Assembly: GCA_900756945.1 (NCBI GenBank)
Contig: CAAELZ010000074.1
Span: 2,681-66,680 of the forward strand
Direction: 5' to 3'
Length of the DNA: 64,000 nt
DNA from: an uncultured Collinsella sp.
Lineage (GTDB): Bacteria; Actinomycetota; Coriobacteriia; Coriobacteriales; Coriobacteriaceae
Positions within the stretch are counted from its first letter, which is position 1. Each line of letters begins with the position of its first letter. The notes below the pieces were generated by a model that ran no database searches, was not told where the DNA came from, and was given only the letters and a program-made list of their open reading frames with translations. Positions 40,369-57,299 of this stretch are shown piece after piece. Made by a program: the position numbers and the translations under genes.

Positions 40369-40932
40369 ATGGCTGCGTCCGACGAGGGCTATCAACATAT
40401 TGAGCATGGGTTTGAACCCGTGTTTGACGAGCGCTCGCGCGTTTTGATGCTGGGGTCGTTTCCCTCGGTGCTCTCGCGTGCCAATGCCTTCTACTATGGC
40501 AATCCGCAGAACCGCTTTTGGCGGGTCACGGCGGCGTGTCTCGGTGTGCCTGTGCCGCCCAACGAGGGTGATCCTTTGGCAAACGGTGAGCCCGCGACGC
40601 TCGATGTCTCCATTGCCGCCAAGCGATCCATGCTGCTTAACGGCGGCGTAGCCCTGTGGGATGTGATCGAGAGTTGTGACATTAAGGGCTCGAGTGACGC
40701 GAGCATTCGTAACGTTGTACCGGCACATATCGGGCGCATTACCGATGCAGCTCCCATTGAGCAGGTGATATGCAACGGTGGTACGGCTGGCCGGCTCTAC
40801 AAGCGCTATCTACAAGAACGCACCGGGCTGCCCGCCATCGTCCTGCCCTCGACAAGTCCTGCCAATGCGGCTTGGCGTCTTGAGCGCCTTGTCGAGCGTT
40901 GGCACGAAGCCGTTGACTGGGCTGTTATTTAA
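40369..40932 (+). CDS. UDG-superfamily glycosylase (hypoxanthine/deoxyinosine type)
   Basis: LGSFPS, YYGNPQNRFW, LWDV, GSSD and LPSTSPAN motifs. Confidence 0.85.
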   Translation: MAASDEGYQHIEHGFEPVFDERSRVLMLGSFPSVLSRANAFYYGNPQNRFWRVTAACLGVPVPPNEGDPLANGEPATLDVSIAAKRSMLLNGGVALWDVIESCDIKGSSDASIRNVVPAHIGRITDAAPIEQVICNGGTAGRLYKRYLQERTGLPAIVLPSTSPANAAWRLERLVERWHEAVDWAVI

Positions 40933-40933
40933 T

Positions 40934-41596
40934 TTAGATTTTTGTTTGAGCGTGGGCGCCCAGACGTTTCAGAACGCCTCGCCAGATCGGCGCGAGCACG
41001 GCTGGCTCGGCGCAAACCATGCCGTCGGCGTCGACGTTGGCGGCATTGCCGCCGCCAAGTCGCTGTGCATGCTCGACGGAGCAGCCCATGCGCACGGCGC
41101 CCACGAGCTTGTCCATGGCCTCCGAAAACGGTCGCCGCAAGAGTCCCATGCGCGGGGAATGGCGAAGCGCTGCGATGCCGCTGCCGGCGCAGATGGCAAC
41201 GCCGCCACACCACAATTGGTCATGGCGCTCACATGCCTTGTGCAGGCGAACGGCGGTCCCACGCGCCTGCTCAGTGCCCTCTTGTGCGGCTCGAATCGCG
41301 GCATAGACGCGCGTTCCCGTACCGCCAAAGCGCTCAAGCGCCTGCTCGATAGCAGTCAACGTCTCATCGTCAGCCACATCTTCAATGGCCAGCACGATGC
41401 CATCGGCAACGCTGCCGGCGTCATTTGCTTTCAAGTCGACCGGGCGGGGGAGTGCGGTGCCGGAAAGTTGAGCATAGGCGGCGATGGCATCCTGCAGGTC
41501 CCAGAGCAAAAAATCAAGATCGGCGCTATTGGGAATACTGATATACGCAATGGTGTGCAGTGTTTTTGGTAAGTCGCCGCGCGCAGTCGTCTCCAT
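40934..41596 (-). CDS. Hypothetical protein (possibly degenerate flavodoxin-like fold)
   Basis: The ORF fills the gap between convergent genes and has a GAAAGGAG RBS. The WCGGVAICAG segment is suggestive only. Confidence 0.55.
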   Translation of the reverse strand: METTARGDLPKTLHTIAYISIPNSADLDFLLWDLQDAIAAYAQLSGTALPRPVDLKANDAGSVADGIVLAIEDVADDETLTAIEQALERFGGTGTRVYAAIRAAQEGTEQARGTAVRLHKACERHDQLWCGGVAICAGSGIAALRHSPRMGLLRRPFSEAMDKLVGAVRMGCSVEHAQRLGGGNAANVDADGMVCAEPAVLAPIWRGVLKRLGAHAQTKI

Positions 41597-41689
41597 GCCA
41601 TCTCCTTTCCGGCTCGTTTCCGTTTAGGTTACACCGTCTGGTGGCGCCCCGCCGCGCTATCCTAGTGCAACCCTTATGAAAGGAATGCC

Positions 41690-42826
41690 ATGCGTCTGCC
41701 CATGAACACCTCGCTTGCCACGCTCAAGCCTTCTGGCATCCGCCGAATCAACGCACTCGCCGCCCGGCACCCGGGATGCATTGCGCTCGCGCTTGGCGAG
41801 CCCGATTTTCCCACGCCCGATGTGATTAGCGCCGAGGTGGCCGCCGCGCTCGACCGCGGCGACACGCACTATCCGCCCAACAACGGTCGCCCCGCCCTGC
41901 GCGAGGCACTGTCCGAATATATGGGGGACGCGGGCCTTGCGTTTTCGGCCGACGAGGTCATCCTGACTGACGGCGCGACCGAGGCCCTGTCGGCAACATT
42001 CATGGCTATGCTCAACCCCGGCGACGAGGTCATTATCCCCACGCCGGCTTTTGGCCTGTACGAGAGCATCGTTGTGGCCAACCACGCCAAAGCGGTCTTT
42101 TTGGACACGGAGCCCGCGCAATTCCAGATTGACGAGGACGCGCTTCGTGCCTGCGCGACGCCGGCGACTAAGGCCATCGTTATCTGCTCGCCCAACAATC
42201 CCACGGGCTGCATCCTCGACGCAGCATCGCTCGACGCCGTGGCGCGCGTGGCAGAGCAGGCGGGCATCTACGTAGTCTGCGACGACGTATACAACCGTCT
42301 GGTCTATGTGGATGGCTACGAGCGCTTTGCCCAGCGCCACCCGGAGCTGCGCGACCAGACGGTGGTCATCGAGAGCTTCTCCAAGCCCTGGGCCATGACC
42401 GGCTGGCGCTTGGGCTGGCTCGCAGCAGCAGCCCCCGTCATCGCCGAGATCGCCAAGGCTCACCAATACTTAGTATCGAGTGCCGTCTCCTTCGAAATGG
42501 ACGCCGCAGCCCGAGCCCTCACCGTCGACCCCGCTCCCATGCTCGAAGTCTACCGAGCTCGTCGCAAACGTGTACTCGCAGCCTTAAACGCCATGGGCCT
42601 CGACGCAGTAGAGCCCGCAGGAGCCTTCTACACTTTCCCGAGCATCAAAAAGTTCGGTCTAACCAGCGAAGACTTCTGCATTAAAGCCATCAAAGAGGCC
42701 AACGTAGCCCTAGTTCCCGGAAACTGCTTCGGAACCGAAGGCCATATCCGCCTAAGCTACTGCGTCTCCGACAAAGACCTAGACGAAGGCCTCCGTCGCC
42801 TGTCCACCTTCATTTCGACTTTGTAG
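41690..42826 (+). CDS. PLP-dependent class I/II aminotransferase
   Basis: GEPDF, SPNNPTG, DDVY, SFSKPWAMTGWRLG and HIRLSY motifs. Confidence 0.92.
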   Translation: MRLPMNTSLATLKPSGIRRINALAARHPGCIALALGEPDFPTPDVISAEVAAALDRGDTHYPPNNGRPALREALSEYMGDAGLAFSADEVILTDGATEALSATFMAMLNPGDEVIIPTPAFGLYESIVVANHAKAVFLDTEPAQFQIDEDALRACATPATKAIVICSPNNPTGCILDAASLDAVARVAEQAGIYVVCDDVYNRLVYVDGYERFAQRHPELRDQTVVIESFSKPWAMTGWRLGWLAAAAPVIAEIAKAHQYLVSSAVSFEMDAAARALTVDPAPMLEVYRARRKRVLAALNAMGLDAVEPAGAFYTFPSIKKFGLTSEDFCIKAIKEANVALVPGNCFGTEGHIRLSYCVSDKDLDEGLRRLSTFISTL

Positions 42827-42874
42827 TCCTCAGGGATACAACACATCAGCCCACCGACATAAGGGTTATGCGTG

Positions 42875-43100
42875 GGGGCGTCGGCCAACGGCAACCCTGG
42901 CTTCTCCAAAGTCAACACAGGTCGCGCCGCCAAAGGCCAGGCGCAAGCTTTTCGTAGATTCCGCACGAGCCGAAGAGCACTAAATGTGCTCTTCGTGCGA
43001 GCCCAGGACCTGACCGAGCGAAAAGCTTGCGCCTGGCCTTCGGCGGCGCGGCCGGATGGTGGAATTGTGTGCAGCCCGGTTTCCCGTTGACCGACGCCGG
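42875..43100. repeat. About 225-bp long hairpin element (AGCACTWAATGTGCT-core family, copy 1)
   Basis: Nested stems: GGCGTCGG/CCGACGCC, CGCGCCGCC.AAGGCCAGGCGCAAGCTTTTCG / CGAAAAGCTTGCGCCTGGCCTT.GGCGGCGCG, and apical GAAGAGCAC-TAAAT-GTGCTCTTC. Confidence 0.85.
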
Positions 43101-43140
43101 GGTCCCCGCCATAATACTTTCGGTTCACGCACGAATCCGC

Positions 43141-43266
43141 TGCCAGAGACAGCCGGTGCAAACGGGCATCGCCCGCGAGCTTAATGGGACTTCCCGCCAG
43201 CCGAGGTGGTCGAGTAGATATGTCTTCTCGCCCCCGTCGCTCATGCAGCGCGGGGGCTTTCTTTTT
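43141..43266 (+). ncRNA. L10 leader (rplJ-rplL autoregulatory element with terminator)
   Basis: AGACAGCCGGTG...CTTAA...CCGAGG followed by a GCCCCCG...CGGGGGC-T-run hairpin, upstream of rplJ. Confidence 0.8.
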
Positions 43267-43331
43267 GGACATGCCCCCGTCACGTCCTTGTGGCGGACCG
43301 TGCCCGGAAAGAATTCGAGGAGGTGTAATTC

Positions 43332-43853
43332 ATGCCCCAGCAGTACAAAATCGACAAGGTTGCAGAGATCGAGTCCCGTATCGCCGAGAACGCCGGTCTG
43401 TTTGTCGTCAACTACAACGGTCTGACGGTTAAGCAGGCTCAGGAGCTGCGTCATCAGCTTCGCGAGTGCGGCGCCGAGATGAAGGTCTACAAGAACAACC
43501 TGGTCAAGATCGCTCTCAAGAACCAGGAGCAGCCCGAGCTCGACGAGATCCTCGCCGGCCCCGTCGCTTATGTGTTCTACGAGTCCGAGCCGGTCGAGGC
43601 CGCTAAGGCCCTTAAGGACTTCTCTGCTAAGTCCAAGGGCGTCCTTGAGATCAAGGGCGGTATCTCCGACGGCAAGGCCGTTTCCGCTGATGATGTTAAG
43701 GCTATCGCCGAGCTGCCCACCAAGGATCAGCTTCTCGGCCAGATCGCCGGTCTCATCTCCGGTTTCGCTCGCGACATCGCTGTCTGCGTCAACGGCGTTT
43801 CCTCTGGTCTCGCTCGTTCGATCCAGCAGGTCTCCGAGCAGAAGGCAGCCTAG
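43332..43853 (+). CDS. rplJ: 50S ribosomal protein L10
   Basis: YNGLTV, KVYKNNL and IAELPTK motifs. Confidence 0.95.
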   Translation: MPQQYKIDKVAEIESRIAENAGLFVVNYNGLTVKQAQELRHQLRECGAEMKVYKNNLVKIALKNQEQPELDEILAGPVAYVFYESEPVEAAKALKDFSAKSKGVLEIKGGISDGKAVSADDVKAIAELPTKDQLLGQIAGLISGFARDIAVCVNGVSSGLARSIQQVSEQKAA

Positions 43854-43955
43854 TTGCTGTTTTCACCCGCGGCGGCAACGCCGCGCCCCTGGCGCATTCG
43901 CGCCGTGTTTTAACTGATCTCCGTGCATCCGCACGGAAACCGAAAGGACTTAGAA

Positions 43956-44333
43956 ATGGCTAAGCTTACCACCGATGAGATCATCGATGCTCTTAAGGAA
44001 ATGACCCTTCTCGAGGCTTCCGAGCTCGTTAAGGCTATCGAGGACACCTTCGGCGTTTCCGCCGCTGCTCCTGCCGCTGTTGTCGCCGCTCCCGCTGCTG
44101 GCGCTGCTGAGGCCGAGGAGAAGACCGAGTTTGACGTCGTGCTCGAGGGCTTCGGCGACAACAAGATCCAGGTCATCAAGGCCGTCCGTGAGCTCACCAA
44201 CCTTGGCCTGAAGGAGGCCAAGGAGGTCGTCGAGGGCGCTCCCAAGGCTGTTCTCGAGGGTGCCAAGAAGGAGGACGCCGAGGCTGCCAAGGAGAAGCTC
44301 GAGGCTGCTGGCGCTGCTGTCACCCTCAAGTAA
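43956..44333 (+). CDS. rplL: 50S ribosomal protein L7/L12
   Basis: [19 protein letters not shown] and LGLKEAK motifs. Confidence 0.98.
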   Translation: MAKLTTDEIIDALKEMTLLEASELVKAIEDTFGVSAAAPAAVVAAPAAGAAEAEEKTEFDVVLEGFGDNKIQVIKAVRELTNLGLKEAKEVVEGAPKAVLEGAKKEDAEAAKEKLEAAGAAVTLK

Positions 44334-44360
44334 TCAGGCTTTCTCGCCAGATTTCTTTGC

Positions 44361-44400
44361 AGACGGGGTTCGCATTGCGAGCCCCGTCTTTTTTGTTTTT
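44361..44400 (+). terminator. Intrinsic terminator after rplL
   Basis: AGACGGGGTTCGCA-T-TGCGAGCCCCGTCT followed by a long T run. Confidence 0.85.
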
Positions 44401-44647
44401 TGGTCCCTCGGCATCGGTTGCTCAAACTGCCATGTTCTGTGATTTGCGTCGTATCGCGTGCCCTGCCGTTAGGCAATAAAATTGCACCATTCGAGCAATA
44501 ATTTGCGTTGACCTGCTGAAGAATTGTCTCTGCCTTGTAGCGACATATAGTTCCAGCGGTAAGATGCTTGGGTATCGCAATTTGGTCTGCGGCTGTGCGC
44601 CGCACGCACGGGGCGCTTTTGCGCCTGCGAAAGGATCTTTGAATAAC

Positions 44648-45556
44648 ATGAAGGCAATCATCCCCGCCGCCGGTCTTGGCACGCGTTTTCTGCCTGGCAC
44701 CAAGTGCACGCCCAAAGAGATGCTGCCGGTGCTCGACAAGCCCGTCATTCAGTACGTCGTCGAGGAGGCGCTCGAGCCCGAGGAGGTCGACGATGCCATC
44801 ATCGTTACTTCTCCCGGTAAGCCCGAGCTACTGAATTACTTCCAGCCCGACCGTTCGCTCGAGAACCTGCTGCGCGAGCGCGGCAAGAACGCCTATGCCG
44901 ATGCTGTCGCCCACGCTGGCGGTATGCCGGTCGACTTCCGTTATCAGTACGAGCCCAAGGGCCTCGGCCATGCTATTCGCTCTGCTGCCGACGCCGTGGC
45001 AGGGGAGAACTTCCTGGTTCTTCTGGGCGACTACGTTGTGCCTAACCGCGATATCTGCGACAAGATGCTCGCCGTTTCCAAGGAGCACGGTGGCGCTTCG
45101 GTTATCGCCGTCGCTGCTTGCTCGCCCGAGGAAGTCAGCCGCTACGGCGTTATCGCCGGCGAGCGCGTCGGTTCGCTTGAGGGCGCCGAGGGCGTTGCCG
45201 ATGCCGAGCCGGGCGCTGTCTGGCGCATCGGCGGTCTGGTCGAGAAGCCCGCTCCCGAGGCGGCTCCGTCCAACCTGTACATCGTCGGTCGCTACCTGCT
45301 GAGCCCGCTGGTCATGGACTTGCTGGCAGATCAGCAGGCCGGCAAGGGCGGCGAGATCCAGCTCACCGACGCCATGGCCCGTTCGCTCGACCGCGAGGCC
45401 ATGTACGCCGTCGTCATCGACCCGCTGTCGGGCTACGACACCGGCACTCCCTCTGGTTGGATGGCCACTAACGCCCTCATGGCTGCAAACGACCCCCGCT
45501 TTGCCGATGCCTTCTGGGACGCCATCGACGAGCGCGGCGGATTGATGCGCAAGTAA
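44648..45556 (+). CDS. galU: UTP--glucose-1-phosphate uridylyltransferase
   Basis: AIIPAAGLGTRFLP.TK..PKEMLP, GLGHAI, VEKP and GEIQLTDA motifs. Confidence 0.92.
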   Translation: MKAIIPAAGLGTRFLPGTKCTPKEMLPVLDKPVIQYVVEEALEPEEVDDAIIVTSPGKPELLNYFQPDRSLENLLRERGKNAYADAVAHAGGMPVDFRYQYEPKGLGHAIRSAADAVAGENFLVLLGDYVVPNRDICDKMLAVSKEHGGASVIAVAACSPEEVSRYGVIAGERVGSLEGAEGVADAEPGAVWRIGGLVEKPAPEAAPSNLYIVGRYLLSPLVMDLLADQQAGKGGEIQLTDAMARSLDREAMYAVVIDPLSGYDTGTPSGWMATNALMAANDPRFADAFWDAIDERGGLMRK

Positions 45557-45651
45557 GCCTTTGGGCACCGACATTTACGGGCGTGGACCTCGGTTCGCGC
45601 CCGTTTTTTATAAGAGCTGCGATTGCTAGCTCTCTGTTCACAGAAAATATA

Positions 45652-45665
45652 TGAACAGATGTTCG
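45652..45665. promoter_or_regulatory. Gram-positive LexA (Cheo/SOS) box-like site
   Basis: TGAAC-AGAT-GTTCG matches CGAACRNRYGTTCG at 13 of 14 positions. Confidence 0.5.
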
Positions 45666-45843
45666 ATACACATACATCTACCTGCGTGTTTTCTGTCGAA
45701 AAACTTTGCTACTCCAAAAACTCAATCGCGTCAAGGCTTTTCTTGCTCAACGGTCGGTACCTGATAAACTATTAGGTTGCGATAACTGGCGAAGCCATGC
45801 CTCGCCAACCCACCGAGCATTTCCGTGAAGGAGGAAAAACCTG

Positions 45844-49335
<3,492 letters not shown>

Positions 49336-49341
49336 TTGACT

Positions 49342-53817
<4,476 letters not shown>

Positions 53818-53823
53818 CTAGTT

Positions 53824-53961
53824 CCGCCGTTCTAACGAACGGCGGCGACCTCCGTCGCTGCGCGGCCCCCAGAGCTACAATCTGTCATTCAAAAGGCAGG
53901 GCATGACCAAAAGGTCAATGCCCTGCCTTTTTCATGCCACCTTGTACGCTCTGGGGGCCGC
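53824..53961. repeat. Small hairpin plus an about 100-bp imperfect palindrome after rpoC (may also terminate)
   Basis: CCGCCGTTC/GAACGGCGG; GCGGCCCCCAGAGC.../...GCTCTGGGGGCCGC enclosing AAAAGGCAGGGCAT.../...ATGCCCTGCCTTTT. Confidence 0.75.
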
Positions 53962-54000
53962 TCGCTTGCGTATGCTCAACCTGTTGCGTTCCGTTGATCC

Positions 54001-54038
54001 CTTGCCAAAAAGGGACAGGTTTATTTTGGTAGGTTTTT
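54001..54038. repeat. Left ~38-bp inverted repeat of the ECF cassette (GGGACAGG REP-like)
   Basis: Its reverse complement matches 55950-55986 with 4 mismatches. Confidence 0.75.
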
Positions 54039-54121
54039 CATACTTGAATTTGAAACATTCCGTTCGGTCAAAGCGTATCTATGGTGAGGGCCTCATCGAG
54101 AAGCATTAACGTCACCGGGAG

Positions 54122-54646
54122 GTGATTATGGAAGAACAAGCATTTAGACAGGCGGTCGAAGATCACCGGGATGTCGTGTTTCGAATCGCGTTGACGTACC
54201 TGCGCGATCGTGCCGATGCCGACGATGTCGCACAAGACGTCTTTCTGAAGTTACTCAAAAGCGATGCGCAATTTGAAAGCTGGGAGCATCTTCGTCGATG
54301 GCTTATCCGGGTCACGATCAATGAATGCAAATCGCTCTTTCGAAAGCCGTGGAGGCGTGTGGAGGATATTGAGAACCTGGCCGAGTCGCTTTCGACAGCG
54401 CAGGATGAGACCAAGGCCGTCCTGTCAGATGTCATGCGGCTTCCGGAACGATTCCGTATCCCCATCGTGCTCTATTACTATCTGGGCTTCTCGACTTCAG
54501 AGATTGCCGAGTTACTGCATGTGCCAGCCGCGACCGTTCGAACGCGTTTAGCTCGCGGTCGATCGAAGCTCAAATTCATCCTAGAGGAGGGCGACCGTGA
54601 AATCCAACCAAATCAAGCAGGCCTTCGAGTCCGTCCAAGCCGATAG
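54122..54646 (+). CDS. ECF RNA polymerase sigma factor
   Basis: DADDVAQDVF, WLIRVTIN, LP...R..IVLYY and EIAELL...TVRTRL.RGR motifs. The start may be 54128. Confidence 0.92.
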   Translation: MIMEEQAFRQAVEDHRDVVFRIALTYLRDRADADDVAQDVFLKLLKSDAQFESWEHLRRWLIRVTINECKSLFRKPWRRVEDIENLAESLSTAQDETKAVLSDVMRLPERFRIPIVLYYYLGFSTSEIAELLHVPAATVRTRLARGRSKLKFILEEGDREIQPNQAGLRVRPSR

Positions 54647-55673
54647 CGATCTTGCTGACCGTGTTCTTTATGCCGCTGCTGGCGAGCCGCTTCGCCGAAA
54701 GGGTCACGCGAAGCCTCTGTATGTTGCCGTAATCGGATGTCTTGCCGGAGTGCTGGCGACCGGAGGGGTCGCCTACGCCGTCGTCAATTCCAGCTATTTT
54801 GCCTCTGCCTGGGGAAACCATGGCAACGGAGAGTCCATTACCTGGACTCAAGGTGGCTCGTCGGGGACTAAATATACCTACACCAGAGAGTTTGGTGACG
54901 GCATTGCGCCCCAAAGCTTGGAGGGTTCAGTACAGAAGGTCAATCTGTCCGTCGAGGGCAACGGCTACACACTCGACATTCATGATATGGCTATCGATAA
55001 AAACGGTTGCGGTGCCGTGACGTTTACGTTGTCCAATCCAAATGGTGTTAACTACTACAAGCCGGCAGCAGAGACTGGCGAACTTGTTCTCTATGGTGAA
55101 GAAGAAGGGGGCGTCAGTACACCCAGCATGAACTTCGGCGAGGAATGGGCTGATACACGCTGCACCATTGATAAAGACACATCAAGCGACACGGTCATTA
55201 ACGGCACGATGTACTTTGCATCTTGGAATCGCGATCGAGATTTACGACATGCGGTCACCTGGAATATCAGTTGGACGGAGGGCAAAGGTGAGGATGCGAA
55301 GGTGATCGAGGTATCGACGCCAGAGTTTAACGTCGGAGCGCACGTCGATACAAAGGAGCTCCGCTCCGACGACTCGCCTCTCGAGATCAGCCCGTTTTCC
55401 ATCCAGACGCACATCGATGATCTGGGCTATGAAGCAGTTGATCATAAACTGACCGTCAGCTACAAGGATGGATCGGAGCAGATTATCGAAGATGACGACG
55501 CAGGGGCGTACAATTTCTATGTTTCGATGGCGCGCAATAGCGGAGAGAACATCTGGGTTCCGGCAAGGCTCATCAATGTCGATCAGGTTGTATCGGTAAC
55601 CCTTGAGGGAACGAGGTGCACATCAACAGGAGAGACCGAAACAGAAGTACCCTTTACCATCGTCTACTCGTAA
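54597..55673 (+). CDS. Putative membrane-anchored anti-sigma factor
   Basis: Overlaps the sigma gene. Short cytoplasmic N-terminus, one TM helix (LYVAVIGCLAGVLATGGVAYAV), large beta-rich extracellular part. Confidence 0.7.
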   Translation: MKSNQIKQAFESVQADSDLADRVLYAAAGEPLRRKGHAKPLYVAVIGCLAGVLATGGVAYAVVNSSYFASAWGNHGNGESITWTQGGSSGTKYTYTREFGDGIAPQSLEGSVQKVNLSVEGNGYTLDIHDMAIDKNGCGAVTFTLSNPNGVNYYKPAAETGELVLYGEEEGGVSTPSMNFGEEWADTRCTIDKDTSSDTVINGTMYFASWNRDRDLRHAVTWNISWTEGKGEDAKVIEVSTPEFNVGAHVDTKELRSDDSPLEISPFSIQTHIDDLGYEAVDHKLTVSYKDGSEQIIEDDDAGAYNFYVSMARNSGENIWVPARLINVDQVVSVTLEGTRCTSTGETETEVPFTIVYS

Positions 55674-55679
55674 GACTTG

Positions 55680-55713
55680 AGGCCGCTTCCCACTAGGGGA
55701 AGCGGCCTATTTT
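55680..55713 (+). terminator. Intrinsic terminator after the anti-sigma gene
   Basis: AGGCCGCTTCCC...GGGAAGCGGCCT followed by ATTTT. Confidence 0.75.
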
Positions 55714-55753
55714 GCGTTATATGGACGGTTATTTTGAGCGATATTCGCCTGAA

Positions 55754-55884
55754 TTTCGGAAGTATGCGGCAAAATCTCGATGGGCCGACCACACCGCATA
55801 TACTCAAGCGCTCTACCTGCGGGTTTATTATCGCAAAACCCCGGCGTGCTCGGCAGGTCCAGAATTTGCCGCATACTTCCGAAA
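55754..55884. repeat. Perfect 20-bp inverted repeat pair, 91 bp apart (MITE/REPIN-like)
   Basis: TTTCGGAAGTATGCGGCAAA (55754-55773) and TTTGCCGCATACTTCCGAAA (55865-55884). Confidence 0.8.
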
Positions 55885-55949
55885 GCGCCGCCGATTTCCC
55901 TATGACAGATGAGGGCGGATCACCGCTGGAGCGCGACGTTTCCGCAGAT

Positions 55950-55986
55950 AAAACCGACCAAAACAAACCTTTCCCTTTTTGGCAGG
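55950..55986. repeat. Right inverted repeat of the ECF cassette
   Basis: AAAACCGACCAAAACAAACCTTTCCCTTTTTGGCAGG, an inverted partner of 54001-54038. Confidence 0.75.
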
Positions 55987-56009
55987 TAACGTTGCCCCGA
56001 CGAGCACGT

Positions 56010-56150
56010 CGGATTCCCGGCCCGGGCGGCCCGCCGTTTAAGTTTGTCGCGAGTTCCGCACGCAAAGGAAAGCACTTAATGTGCTTTCCGTCTTGCGCAG
56101 GACTGTAGAGCAGCAAACTTAAACGGCGGGCCGCCCGGGCCGGGAATCCG
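56010..56150. repeat. Long hairpin element (AGCACTWAATGTGCT-core family, copy 2)
   Basis: Perfect 37-bp stem (56010-56046 / 56114-56150). Core TTCCGCACG...GGAAAGCAC-TTAAT-GTGCTTTCC...CAGGAC. Confidence 0.85.
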
Positions 56151-56233
56151 CCCCCGTGCACAGGAGGGGATTCCTTTTGTGTAGGCTTTGCGGAAATGTG
56201 CCTATTTTGGGATACGCCCGGCGGCGTGGTCTG

Positions 56234-56262
56234 TTGACGGCACAGCTAACGCCACGTATCCT
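56234..56262 (+). promoter_or_regulatory. Probable sigma-A promoter of the rpsL operon
   Basis: TTGACG-N17-TATCCT. Confidence 0.6.
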
Positions 56263-56355
56263 ATCGAACTGCGTGTTTCGTAGGGGGATGCTGACCCCTC
56301 GATTCAAGCCGTTGCACTTTACAGAAAGCTGGAATCATTCGAGAAGGAGTACGCT

Positions 56356-56733
56356 TTGCCTACTATTAACCAGCTGGTTCGCCAGGGCCGTCGTTCCGTG
56401 CCCAAGAAGTCCAAGAACGCTGCTCTGCAGCACAACTCCCAGAAGCGCGGCGTGTGCACCCGCGTCTTCACCACGAGCCCCAAGAAGCCGAACTCGGCTC
56501 TTCGCAAGGTTGCCCGTGTTCGCCTCGTCAACGGCATCGAAGTCACTGCTTACATCCCGGGTGAGGGCCACAACCTGCAGGAGCACTCCATCGTGCTCGT
56601 CCGCGGCGGTCGTGTCCGTGACCTCCCTGGTGTCCGTTATCACGTCATCCGTGGCGCCTACGACGCTGCTCCGGTCCAGAACCGTATGCAGGCCCGTTCC
56701 AAGTACGGTGCTAAGCGCCCCAAGGCTAAATAA
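56356..56733 (+). CDS. rpsL: 30S ribosomal protein S12
   Basis: [18 protein letters not shown] and [12 protein letters not shown] motifs. TTG start. Confidence 0.98.
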   Translation: MPTINQLVRQGRRSVPKKSKNAALQHNSQKRGVCTRVFTTSPKKPNSALRKVARVRLVNGIEVTAYIPGEGHNLQEHSIVLVRGGRVRDLPGVRYHVIRGAYDAAPVQNRMQARSKYGAKRPKAK

Positions 56734-56806
56734 GCCAGATAACGTTTTGATACTTTCGCCGTGTGCCGCCTAAGCGCCGCACGGTAGACACTTAAGGAGA
56801 TTTCAC

Positions 56807-57280
56807 ATGCCGCGTCGTGCAGCAGCTAATCGTCGTGAGGTTCAGCCTGACGCCGTTTACAACAACCGCCTGGTGACTCAGCTCATCAACAAGGTCCTTC
56901 TTGACGGCAAGAAGGCCACCGCTGAGCGCATCGTTTACACCGCTTTCGAGATCGTTGCCGAGAAGTCCGAGGGTGGCGACGCTCTCGCTACCTTCAAGAA
57001 GGCTATGGACAACGTCAAGCCCACGCTCGAGGTTAAGCCCAAGCGTGTCGGTGGCGCTACCTATCAGGTCCCGATGGAGGTCAACTCCCGTCGTTCCACC
57101 GCTCTGGGTATCCGCTGGATCGTCAACTTCTCCCGCGCTCGCAAGGAGAAGACCATGGCCGAGCGTCTCGCCAACGAGATCCTCGACGCCTCCAACGGCC
57201 TGGGCGCTTCCGTCAAGAAGCGTGAGGACGTCTTCAAGATGGCCGAGGCCAACCGCGCGTTCTCTCACTATCGTTGGTAA
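56807..57280 (+). CDS. rpsG: 30S ribosomal protein S7
   Basis: [14 protein letters not shown] and [13 protein letters not shown] motifs. Confidence 0.98.
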   Translation: MPRRAAANRREVQPDAVYNNRLVTQLINKVLLDGKKATAERIVYTAFEIVAEKSEGGDALATFKKAMDNVKPTLEVKPKRVGGATYQVPMEVNSRRSTALGIRWIVNFSRARKEKTMAERLANEILDASNGLGASVKKREDVFKMAEANRAFSHYRW

Positions 57281-57299
57281 GTTAAGGTAAGGAACTAAC

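Noticed and set aside
42422..42826. Diversity-generating retroelement as the cause of the codon shift
   Set aside because: No reverse transcriptase or template/variable repeat pair is present in the window, and the change is a gain of A at silent sites rather than A-to-N diversification.
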